This document shows, in pieces, positions 36,647 to 48,399 of a stretch of 64,000 nt of DNA. Each line of letters opens with the position of its first letter. Position 1 is the first letter of the stretch. The DNA is taken from NCBI RefSeq assembly GCF_052425735.1, contig NC_135761.1, positions 52,266,001 to 52,330,000 on the forward strand, read 5' to 3'. Origin of the DNA: Oculina patagonica (taxonomy: Eukaryota). The translations under genes and the position numbers were made by a program. The notes beneath the pieces were generated by a model. It searched no databases. It was not told the origin of the DNA and saw only the letters and a program-made list of their open reading frames with translations.

Positions 36647-37009
36647 GCCCCAGACTAGCCTGCGAACAGGCTTTCCGGAGCGATCGAACGGACAGCGCAG
36701 AGCGCCGGTCGAGCGCTCCGGAAAGCCTGTTCGCCAGCTAGCCCCAGACTAGCCTGCAGAACAGGCGGTTTATTTTTGCGGGGTTATTGCGAGGTCGCGC
36801 GAAGCGCGACCCAACGAGAGCTCTCCCTCACGTGACCCGCTAAATAAAAAACCTAGCACTTCGCGCTTCGACCCGCAAAATAAACCGCCTGTTCTGCAGG
36901 CTAGCCCCAGACTAACCTGAGATCATGCCCTTGTTCCCTACTTGTCACTTTTTTCCCTCTCCCTTTCGAAAAAGAAAAAAGAACGCCTGATCGCAGGTTA
37001 GCCCCAGGC
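36647..37009. mobile_element. Stack of three different palindromic MITEs separated by the same 9-bp GCCCCAGAC
   Basis: gccccagac at 36647, 36741 and 36904, and gccccaggc at 37001. Cassettes 36656-36740, 36750-36903 and 36913-37000 each have TARCCTG...CAGGYTA-type TIRs. Confidence 0.85.
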
Positions 37010-37172
37010 CCCTGCCCCAGACGACCCCAGACTGGCCCTGGTCCCCAGGGTCCCTCCCACCTCACACCCCCAAGATCTAACAAAGGCTTGGTTACTTTGC
37101 CTCGCTCTTTGAAATCTTCGTCGTTGTTTTCGTCAGTTCTCTGTGTTCCTATTCTCCACTCGGTAAAAAGTC

Positions 37173-40100
37173 ATGGCGGGTCTTGCTCGTCCAGTGTACA
37201 TCGTGGCTGCTAAAAGAACTGCATTCGGTGCATTTGGAGGGAAATTAAAAGGCATATCGGCCACTGTGCTTGGACAACACGCGGCGGTAGCGGCTATGGA
37301 GGCCGGTAACGTTGACCCAGCGATTGTGGACTCTTCAATATTTGGCAACGTGATTCAGGTACAATTTTTAAAGCATAAAGCTTATTTGTGAAGACTGTAG
37401 TAGATTAAACTATCAATGAGTTGAGGAATATAGATAAATTTTACCAGTTGTGGTAATGAAAATCTGATAGACAGGTTTTAAATTCCTTTATGATCACGAA
37501 AACCTGAACTCGTTGTGGACTTTGAACTTTCGTGACTTTGCAGTTTTGACCACGATCTGCCGATATCATCCCAAACAAAACAGCTATAGCTTACACCAGA
37601 TTTTTTAGTCTTGAATTAAGTAATGATATTTGGAAGTGATGATTATATCTTTAGTTGATAAATGCCGATGCCAGTCACTGAATGGGTATAAAATTCGACC
37701 AGGGGATTCCCTCAGCTCTCAGGCGCGACTGCAAGTTTTTTAGTTTTCTTCGTAATAATGTAAGACTTGTGAAAAATGAGTAAATAATAATAAGAAGAAA
37801 GAAAAATATTCCAGTATGTAACTATATAGTAGTAGATTTTGAGGAGTATCTTTGCCTGAGTTCAAGTCCCCGGGGGAGGGGGGGGGGGGACACTCCTATA
37901 TATGAGCTACATAGGTATGTGCCGCTGTGAAGGGTATGGTTTTCAAGCAGTTTAGTCTGGGATAGGGTATAGAAATCAGAGAGTTTTGGTCTAGAATAGG
38001 GTATCATTCGCCGAGAAACTGATCAGTGGTTTGAAGAATTAAGTCCAGAATAGGAATAGAAACTCGGAAGAGAAAGAGGCTTCCCTAGACGTGAATAAAA
38101 TCATTGTGACAATGTTGTTGACAGATGGTTTTGCATTAAAAACAGTTCTAAAAAGAAGCAAGTCTGGGATAGGGTAGGGATTTTCGGTACTTAGTGTAGT
38201 AAAGGGTTGCAAAACCAGCTGAAGATGGTCTGGTATAGGGTAGGGGTTTCAAAGTCCCAGCGGCACACCCCCACCCAAAAATATACAGGGTGCCCCCCCT
38301 GCCCCACGCCCTTACCTGCCCCGTAACCTTACCTTTGGTATTTCTTTCATATTCATTTCACAGAGTGCATCTGATGCAGCATACATTTCAAGACACATTG
38401 CCCTAAAAGCAAATGTTCCAGTTACAACTCCTGCACTAACAGTGAACAGGCTGTGTGGTTCAGGGTTCCAGGCAGTTGTCACGGCAGCCCAGGAGATTCA
38501 GCTTGGTGAGAGCGACGTTGTTTTGTGTGGAGGATCAGAGAACATGACCCAGGCACCTTATGCCCTGAGAGATGCTAGATTTGGAACAAAATTGGGTCTT
38601 GACTTAAAGGTAACATTTCATTGCTGTCACTCATTTAGCTTATTATAGTACTGCAATGAACAGTCATTCATTGGACGATCATGTGGCCAACCCAAATTGT
38701 CTAATGTCCAACAAAATCTCAAACATGGTCAGGCATAATGTCTGATCAATTTTTTTCAAGTGACAAATTGTTTCACACAATATTGTGAATAAGAAGCAAT
38801 TTCCCTTTTTGTACAAAATGAACACAAAAATGAAAAAAATAAATAAAATAAAAATACTTGCAGCCTTGGGTGCAAATAAAAAACTGTGCTTGAAGTTTCT
38901 TACCCCACTAAAAAAGTGGCTTCTGTGTTGACAAAGCTTGGAACCCTGGCTCTTGAATGTATAATCAACAAAAAACAACAACAGAAATAGCAACTGTAGG
39001 AAATTGGCCTCAACGTTAGCCTGAATTTCAGACATCTTCCTTTGGTTGCGCGCTCCCTAGAAAAGACATACAAACCAAATAGCCACTAATGCCATCCAGT
39101 GAAGTCATGATGCTTTTACTTTAATCCATGCAGAAAAGATTCTGCAAGGTCATCACCCGGGGGGGCACTCAACAAAGTTTTATATGGGAAGGCTCCGCTC
39201 CGAGGTCCAACCCTTACCCTTTTATATACTATTTTGACAGAAAAAGTACCCCTTTCGTATACCTTTAACCCATTGACTCCCGAAGGTTTTACGCGCGCAC
39301 CCACCCCCAAATTCCCGGCTCTTTTACAGCATTTAACACAGACGTGCGAGTAGAAAAAATAAACCATATGCGCCGTAAATTCAGACAAATAATTCGTTTC
39401 TGAAGTAAACTTTTAATGCAACTAGACATGTTAAAAGACTAACTTGATCCCAAACCAAGCTTGAAGGCAGAGGAAAAAAATTATTCACTTCCGCGCGTCA
39501 TTTAAAAACTCACAAAAACACGAAATCTTTGAACAAAACATAAAGCAATCTTAAAAAACTCTGATAAAATGTTGGCATATGTTATGTAAAACTGTTACTG
39601 GCATTAATTTAACAGCAATGAAGTATTCTCCTGGTACAGAAAAGCGGTAATTGGAAGTGATAAAATTATTTGCGAATCATGTTGTGAAATAGAGCAAAAC
39701 CGCTTTGCAAAACAACCGAATTCCTTCCACAAAATATACACTCACAATGCTTTCTATAAATCTCAAAGTCAATAAAAATACTTGTTTGAATTTTCTGAAG
39801 TACTGTTGTAAATCTTTTCGCGTTGAAGGTTGTAAAACACAATTAAAATCTTAGCGACTAAATCAACAACGCGACGGCAAGTCTGCCGAAAGAGATGCGT
39901 ATCAGATAACACCGCGTGCACATCAAATCTGTTCGCTTCAAAAGCCTAAAATTCCAAACTAAAGCTGGACAAATGAAAGAAACTTGAAAGAAAGTTTGTT
40001 TAAGATTAATTCTCATTCACGATGAAGCAAATAAATGTCTAAAAAAGCTTAAAATTTCGCAAATTTTAAAGCCGTGATATTCCGCATGCACCATGTTCAA

Positions 40101-43100
40101 ATGAAATATTCGAGCTGAAGTGACAGTGTTTTATTTCAGTGCGACGGCTTTGGAAGGCATTTTTTAGTCAATCACTGTACCGATCTTCCTAAAAATTCCT
40201 TTCAAGTTCGAAGCAAATATTGTACATTACCATTTTGCTTTCTGAAGCTTTGAGAAGCTGCATTAAACCGTGATCAAGGCCGTGAATTGTAGTCAAAACA
40301 CTTTAGAAGCGCCATGACACGAGGTAATCTTGGCAGCCGAAGGAGAGAAAAATTTCTTCACCAAAGCAGTTTTAGCACTCTGTTATCCATTAGTTTCCAT
40401 TTTAGATCCACTTTAAAATCGATCCATGTTTTTTCATTCCATATTTAGCTTAAAAAAGGTGTTTCTCTGTGTCCAGAACGGAAAACAAGACCCTAGAAGT
40501 TTGTAAATACATCCCGCGAGGCGCCATGCTTTTCTTGTACATTTTCAACGCACGTATAAAGGCGAAAAACCTCCTTTCTAGGACCCCTAGAAATCTCTAA
40601 AAATATGCGCAGAAAACGGATTCTGATTGGTTTATTTGCCCTTATTATCTATAGAACAATAGGAGAACTAAAAAAGCTCCAGGGAGGGAGGGAAAGGCCT
40701 TTTGTCAACACGTGGTTTTTACGGCCGGTTGAGGCCGGCACGGGAATTTGGGGGGTGGTTTTCGCGCGGCCGGTTACGGCCGGCACGGGAGCCAATGGGT
40801 TAATAGAAATAAAACAGGACGTTTTCTTGGCATTTTATAAATTAAGACGATAGAGCCATAAGTTGCGTCTGTTCGAAATATTTAATTTATAAGCCTTTTT
40901 AAATATCTAAATGACAGAATTTCCTACCCTTTCATATACTTAAACTTGTGAAATCCCTACCCTTTTATATACCTGAAGCCTGAAAAAGGTACCCCTTTTA
41001 GGCGGAGCCTCCCCGTATATAGGCTGTTATAGGATGTACCCCCCCCCCCCCGAGGGGGGTCATCAGTTTGTGAGAAAAAATCGCTTGAACAACCTTTAGG
41101 ATTACAGGATACAACATTGTTTTGTAATTAGTAATAAGTCAGTCTGTAGAATTTATAACTCAATACAGAACTGTTATTTTGTTGTACTCAGCTGGAAGAC
41201 ACTTTGTGGCAAGGCCTGACAGATTTTCATGCTAAAATGCCAATGGGTGTTACTGGGGAAAACCTTGCTGAGAAATATAACATCACACGACAAGACTGTG
41301 ATGAGTTTGCTCTCTTGTCACAAAAGAGATGGGCTGAAGGTAAAATTATAGTACATGTACAATGTACAATAAAACTGTTACTTTAACAATTTTTTCTTTA
41401 TAATTTATTTTTTTGTTGTAGTTCTTACAATAAATTTTTACATACATTACTGCAGCGTGCAAAGAATTTCATGCCTGATACCCTGGGGCTAGTGGATTTT
41501 GCGGTTGGGCTAGTGAATTTTATCCTTCACTTGCAAGTGAAAATTGATTTTTTTGCACCATGTACTGCAAGTAATTTTTTACATGTGAAAGCAATAAAAA
41601 ATTTCTGCTTTCACGTGGATATAGTTTCCCGACTATCTTTGCTGTGGTTTATATTTGTTTGTGGTTAAAATGTTCTAACAATCTGAAATCTTTAACCCTC
41701 TCAAACCTTCTACATTTTTGTCAGGTCATTTTTTTTGCACTCAGCACAAAACCAATGCTGCCTTTGGTAAAAATTATAGCAAATGTACTCAATGGAAAAT
41801 TAAAATGTTTGGTACTAACTGCCTGACTTGTAGTAGATAGTTTTATGTCTAGAATACAATGTGTGTTCATTTGTCTTTCTTAAATTATATCTAGCTAATG
41901 ACGATGGCCGATTTGTGGAAGAGATTGTTCCAGTAACTGTGAAAGGCAAAAAAGGTCCAGAGGAATTCAAAGTTGATGAACACCCAAAACCGAACAGTAC
42001 AATGGAACAGTTATCAAAGCTTGCACCAGTGTTCAAGAAAGATGGAACAATCACTGCCGCTAATGCTTCTGTAAGACACTTCAGTCTGCTATTACATTGT
42101 ATAATTTTTATTACTAGTTTTGGCAGCCCATAAGGCTCCACAACAATCTTGATTTATTCATAAAATAAATGCTCCAGACTTGCAATTGAATTTTTTGGTA
42201 TAATAATAAATTTATGATATTGGCTAATTCTGGTAAATTTTTGAATTTGAATTGATTTCAAAGAAAAACTGTGATCAATCTAAGACAAATGCCAGTCACC
42301 TTAATTCATCTGTCCTCGTAAACAAAACTAGATTTCTCTGTTAGTACTTAAAATTTGTAAGTTCTCTTTTTGTTACAGAATTCACTTACATGTAACATCA
42401 GTTTTATTCATTATATCCGGAAATTTGCAATGTCTACCTTACATCTTCAAGAGACTATCAAAACTTCCAACTTCATTCGCAGGGTCTCTCTCTCCCCACC
42501 CCCCAGAGTTGGGGTGGGGTTTGGTGGGGAGAGAGAGACCCTGGAAACGAGGTTGGTTATAAAACTTCTACAATCATCTTGATTATTATAATGTAAAATA
42601 TTCCACTGCGTTTCTGTTTGTAGGGTATATGTGATGGAGCAGCAGCACTGATTGTTGTCAGTGAGAAAGCCCTTAAAGAGCATAACTTCACTCCACTGGC
42701 AAGAATTGTTTCGTATTCTGTTGCTGGTGTGGAACCGTCAATCATGGGAATTGGTCCTGTCCCGGCAATCAAGGCTGCACTTAATAAAGCCGGCAAGAGT
42801 CTTCATCACATGGAACTTATTGAGGTAAGTGTACTTACTCATGTACAAATGCTGGATTTTTAAGTTTACACTACTTTACAGTCAAACCAGATTAAGTGTA
42901 CCCCCTTAGATTTCATTAATGAATCGAATTATGTAATGTTTGAAACCATAATTGAATAATGTTTTTTCACGATGTGTTCATGCTTATTAGATGCAACAGA
43001 CAGTAAGACTAATTCAATTCCTCACATTCTCTTTACTTCAAATGTGGCAGCTGTGATCAGAAACCAAATTTTGATTACAACATTGATCCATATTACCAGT

Positions 43101-43868
43101 AATTTTATATTTTTAATAAGATGAATGCATTCTTCAAATTGATTAACAGATTCAAATGTCAAGTAATCGATTCATTTAAGGGGGTATGCTTGAGCTGGCT
43201 TGACTGTAATTTCCTGAACTAATTTAAATTGTTGATACTTGGAGTGTCCAGCTGCTGTTCTGATGAAACCATACACAGAAAAAATCAACCATTTCAGTCA
43301 AGCCTTGAAACAATTTTTTTGAATTCTTTGCTTTGTTCTATCTTGCTATTACATGTAGCCTGCAAACTTGCATAAACTGTTAAATTGCACACATTCAGGT
43401 TGAAAAAGTGGACAACAGGATCAAAGACATGACCCTTTTTCCCCCTCTTTACTTCAAAAGCCATCTTGTCAAATGGGCCAATACTGAATAGAAATTGATG
43501 TTCCCAACTTGAGTTGTTAGTCTAATACTTCAGATTTATATTAGCACACTGCTATAATAAAGAAAGTTTTCGGAATAGGCTACTGACAGCTGGTTGTTTT
43601 GTTATACTGAAATTTGCAATCTCTTCAGGTCAATGAAGCATTTGCCCCACAATTTCTTGCTGTTCAAAGAGAGCTTGAGCTGGACATGGACAAGACAAAT
43701 ATAAATGGAGGTGCAATTGCTTTGGGTCACCCTGTAGGAACCTCTGGAGCGAGAATCACAGCACACTTGGTTCATGAGCTGCGGCGGAGAGGCGCTAAAT
43801 ATGCTGTTGGGTCAGCGTGTATAGGAGGTGGACAAGGAATAGCTATTGTCCTCGAAAATGTACAATGA
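37173..43868 (+). CDS. ACAA2: Mitochondrial 3-ketoacyl-CoA thiolase (exons 37173-37358, 38364-38609, 41192-41339, 41895-42070, 42624-42824, 43629-43868; 398 aa)
   Basis: [25 protein letters not shown] (catalytic Cys), [33 protein letters not shown]. The exons sum to 1197 nt. Confidence 0.96.
37868..38300. mobile_element. CCC(G)GGGG-terminated MITE in ACAA2 intron 1
   Basis: Left end cccgggg...tatgtgccgctg, right end cagcggcacacccc...ccccccc; same terminal style as the elements at 39156 and 49281. Confidence 0.5.
39156..41057. mobile_element. CCCGGGG-terminated MITE with 8-bp TSD, split by a piggyBac-like insertion
   Basis: TSD ggtcatca at 39148-39155 and 41058-41065; inverted aggctccgc / gcggagcct subterminal motif. 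Confidence 0.7.
39269..40799. mobile_element. Non-autonomous piggyBac-like element
   Basis: ttaa|cccattgactcc ... ggagccaatggg|ttaa, plus the subterminal inverted repeat cccccaaattcccg / cgggaatttggggg. No long ORF. Confidence 0.8.
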
Positions 43869-44591
43869 GATTGCTAGCAGTCGAGGAAGTGACACTATGA
43901 ACAATTTCATACAGATGTACCAAAGTGTAGTAAAGATGTGAAAAGGTCTTTGGAAAAAATTTAAACGACAAAGTATTTATGAGTTTGCTTGTTCATCATG
44001 TTGTTGCGGAAAGCCAAGATTGTGAATCATCGAGGCTTGTTTCATCGTAAACCTTCAAAGGTATTAGGAATTAATAAAGCCCTGAAGACTTAATTGTCAC
44101 TAGCCCTAGGTTTTTAGTAAAGCTCAAATAAAAGTGGTGTAAGTGCCAATAATATTTTTGTCAAAGTTGTCTCAGCATGAGAAAAATTGTTGCACACACC
44201 ACTTTTATCCTAACCTTGCCAATTACCCATTAATGTGCTATAATTTGTGAATGGCCGATAAGCAGCAAGAAGCAATTTTCTAAAATTCTTTCATTCAGTT
44301 ACCATGTCAGTAAATTAATGTCTTGAGTTGTTTGTTCAAAAGCAACATGTACAACAACTGGTGAAATAAAAAAAACTTTACCCTATACACGAATTTCATA
44401 TTATTTTATTCCAAAAGAAAAGCTACAGTTAAATGCTGATAACACGAAGCTTGAGAGAAATCGAAAAAGGTTTGGGTTTTTGAGGGTTCGAATTGTTGAG
44501 GGTAAAATTAGTACGAAAATGACCTGGAGGGGAATTAAAAAAGGTTTGAGTTATTGAGGGTCTACTTATCAAGATTTGACCATGTATATGA

Positions 44592-45339
44592 CAGTGCTCG
44601 ACACTAACTTTTTTGGATACTAGGCAATTGGCTAGTAGGTACAAATAATCACTAGCCCACAAGGACAAGTCACTAGCCCCACCCCCCCCCCCCTTTAAAA
44701 AAAATAATAACAGCCAAGTTTGAATCAGCTAATCTCTTAGCACTATATTTGTTTGAGTCCACACAAGTACATCTTTCCTTCACTGAGACGCAGCAACGAT
44801 GCTATCATCCAACTCGGTTAAGAATTTCTTGACCGTGGATCACACTTCTTTTTCTCTTCATGCTGTGTGTGGTCCTCTGGTGAACAATGTAAATCTGGCT
44901 CACGATTATCGGCCCTTGAAGGCAGTTTTCTTGTAGGTAAAGTGTTACAAAAGCTTGAAATCATGCTCGCGCAGTCGCTCGCGTGAAAACCCCAAGATGG
45001 CCGACTTATTATGGCTCTCTCCCAGGTCCCTTTTGGGTGTCATGGAAGCGAGGACAGAGGGTCTTTTCCAAGATGGCGTCAGGTTTGCGAGTTGATCGTA
45101 CGATATAAATCCGTATGCGATGTGGGTCGCAAGCGCTCTGGTTTAAATTACTCAAGCTATGGAAACTAGATCCTGATGAAGGTTTCTGGGAGAAAAACTT
45201 CCCAAGTTATAGAGTTGTAGTTGATTTATTTTTCCACGAATCTTACTAGTCTATGGGCTAGTAGGAAAGTACTTTTACTAGCCAAGCATGAAATTTTACT
45301 AGTCCTGGGCTAGTGTACTAGCGTTAGTGTCGAGCACTG
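44592..45339. mobile_element. hAT-like MITE with 5-bp TSD (hAT5-like)
   Basis: tatga|cagtgctcgacactaac ... gttagtgtcgagcactg|tatga; subterminal actagccc repeats. Confidence 0.7.
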
Positions 45340-45700
45340 TATGACTGACATGTTTAGAAAGGCACAGTTTATAGTTCATGCAAATAATGTACTCCAGTAA
45401 AAAAAATTACCATTTGAAGCTAGTAACTCTTGAACTCTTTAAGAACTAAAAATAAAAAGCATTTCAGTCACTAAAAGGATTTTTTTATTATTAATAGTTT
45501 ATACTAAACACCAAATATGTACATTCTCCACAAACTTTAAATACAAGCTTCACCATCCAATAGATTTATACAAGGTACTGTTCACTAAAGAAGGTACTGT
45601 CTTTGAAAAGCTGGTTGCTCCCCGTTGCAATGTTTATAAAAAAAAAAAAAAACGTTTTCTTTTTTCTGTTGAAATCTTGTTATTTCTATGTTGTCAACTT

Positions 45701-47994
45701 TCACCTCTCCCCACTGTCTTGTGTCTGAAAATCAGTAATTAAAAATAACGAGTAATTTCTTGGATATATATTTTGTTATAAAACTTAATGCTATAAAGTC
45801 ATGACATTTCGACCTCAGGAGAGAAGGTCGAAACGTCGTGACTTTTTGGCATTTAGTTTTAAAACAAAAAAAATAAAAATAACACAGTATAAATTTACCG
45901 TTGACACCATTTTCTATTAGGATATTAAAGCATACCACAAAAGCTCTGTAGGTACCTGGAGCAAGATCAGTGAAGTTCTTTTAAACTAAGATACATCCTT
46001 TGTATTGATTCTCAATAACAGGCTTTGTATTCAAACCATACTTAGGACACATCTAAACCTAGGAGGGCTTCAGGAATCTGACCCCTGGTTCTTTTATGCC
46101 CCTCTCAAATAAAAAATAAATGAAAATAAATAAGTATCAGTGAATTGTTGCTGAAAAAAACTTTTCTGGGAGATAACCTACAATTTTCCATCCAGGATTT
46201 TTTAGGTTGTTCCATTAGGGAAAACCAGTAATGTGAGGGGAATACACCACAAATCTTAACGGCATCACTGTAGTTTGGTCTGCCATCTAAAGCACCATTC
46301 ATCCATTCAGATTAAGAGGTCTAAAATATGTTGGCAACTTTAATTCTTACTGAGGGGTAAGTAAAAAATGAGCAAAAAGTGGTCTTTTTCTGTGGGGAAG
46401 AAGAACATTTAGTAGTTTTCTGAGGGGGGGGGGGGTATGTCAGCACTTTGATTTTTTTTTTTTTTCGAGGGGAAATTCTGACTGACCTTGTCACTGGGGT
46501 GTGTGAATTTTACTTTGGAATGGCCCTGATTGGCTACAGCATGCTTAACATGACAAAGTCAAATGGACGTGTTCAGCCTTTAAGATTTGCTCAACTAAAG
46601 CTAAATGCCGTGAAGCCAAGATTATTACTGCGGTGACTTGATTTACTCAAACCCAGTTGCCCAGCACCATGGTCAATTTGAATGCAGTATGAAAGCTGTA
46701 GAGAACCTAAAGGTTATATATTGGAAGGCAGAAGCTTTATAATTAATTTGATAGATTACCTGAAGGGATGCAGCTTCTCTTCTTAGCTCTTGTACCACTG
46801 ACGCTAGTGCCTCAGGATTTACTCCTGCTTCACATAACTTCACACAGATTGCTAATGATTCAGGATCCAGGCCAGTGTTTAGCAACTTGGATATTTCGAC
46901 CAAAGCTAGAAAAAAATACAACAGAACTTTCAAAGTCATCTGTTTAATGTGGGTCATTCCATTTATATCCACACCACCTTCCCCCCTATAGATGAGATTT
47001 TCTGAAGGGGCTTTGAAAGTTATTTCTGAGGGGGTAACCCTGTTGGCACTCTTTGATCTTTCAAATATATCTGAAGGGGTTAGGGGAAAGTTGTTTTTTT
47101 TTTTTTTCTGAAGGGGTTCTGAAAAACTGGTTTATTTCTGAAGGAGGGGTATCATGTCAGCACTTTAATCTTTTTTCTTAGGGGGTAAATTTTGACCTAC
47201 CTCATAAATGGGGGGGGGGGTTAAATGAAATGGCCCTAGCCTGTATCATAGAAAATAGTGCAAATGATACAACGGACTGCTGTGCGGGAAGTCGTGGGTT
47301 CGAACCCCCAGACCGGACCAACACTCAGGGTTTAAAATAACTGAGGAGAATGTGCTGCCTTTGTAATTACATCTGCAAATTGTAAGACATTCTAGTCTTC
47401 TCGGAAAAGGACGATAAACCGTAGGTCCCGTCTCCTGTATCTTCAGTCTTATAACAGGGGACGTTAAAGAACACACACACTATTCGCAAAGAGTAGGGCA
47501 CAAAGTTCCCGGTGTTGTGGTCTGGCCTTTGTGTAGTAAATTACAGTATGTGTACAGCGCATTTGAACATTACATATGAAAAATGCGCTATATAAATTGA
47601 TTATCATTATCATCATCATCATTATAGGAGACCTCTGTTGGTGTATAGAGCTTTGAAGCCCTTAAACCCTTAAAATCTATTGTGTTATGCCTCGTTCTAC
47701 AAAAGGTCCCGACACATGTACATGAAGTGGCCGGGTATTCTAAAGTTGCTCCGGGTTTAGGTCCAAGAAAGACGACCAGCACTTTTGCAACGAAATCAAT
47801 ATAAAAAATATTGGCTTTATAAATGCAATTTAAATCTGATCAATACGCTAGTAGTAATGGAAAACCACTTTATAGTAACCATAGCTTGAATTTAAGATGT
47901 CCAACGCATGTAATTATGTCGAATAAACGTATAAAAACTTGTGCAACATACCTTCCATCGCTTCCCGCGCAGAAGCGACCCTGTTTTCCGCCAT
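45701..47994 (-). CDS. MZT1: Mitotic-spindle organizing protein 1 (MOZART1); exons 47994-47952, 46905-46760, 45724-45701
   Basis: [63 protein letters not shown] matches the MOZART1 signature. The last exon (TQDSGER*) is less certain. Confidence 0.92.
47275..47600 (+). mobile_element. tRNA-derived SINE (third family) in MZT1 intron 1
   Basis: B-box gggttcgaaccc followed by a SINE-like body and an (atc)n/att tail. Confidence 0.55.
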
Positions 47995-48399
47995 CTTGGA
48001 ATCTTGTGACGAATTTCTGCTGGGCAGCGGAGTTCCACTTCAATGAACCTTGGGAGAAAATACAACAGTAATCACTTGATAAAGTCGTTTCAGATACCCT
48101 GTGTTTACTAAAATCACTATAGATCAACTATAGATTAGCTTCAAAGATATTTGAAAGTAGCATTATATTGTAGTTTTCTTTCAAAATTTTTTTATAACAG
48201 CGCTGATTGATGGTTTCATGCGGTAAAATCGACCTTGATTAATTCTCAATTCTCTCTACCTACAATGTTCTTTTCAATCTCGGCTGAGCGCCAGATTCAA
48301 AATTACTTCACAAACCAGTTTGATCTTTCGGAATTTCGGTGTTTACATCTTATAATTTTCTTGTTTATGTGAACTAGTATTTCTTTAAGCGAGTACAAA

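Noticed and set aside
36647-37009. True CRISPR array
   Set aside because: The repeat is only 9 bp, the cassettes are TIR elements, the context is eukaryotic and no cas genes are present.
17613-43868. ILVBL + ACAA2 as a fatty-acid catabolism gene cluster
   Set aside because: They are separated by TYW2, lie on opposite strands and act in different compartments; there is no evidence beyond proximity.
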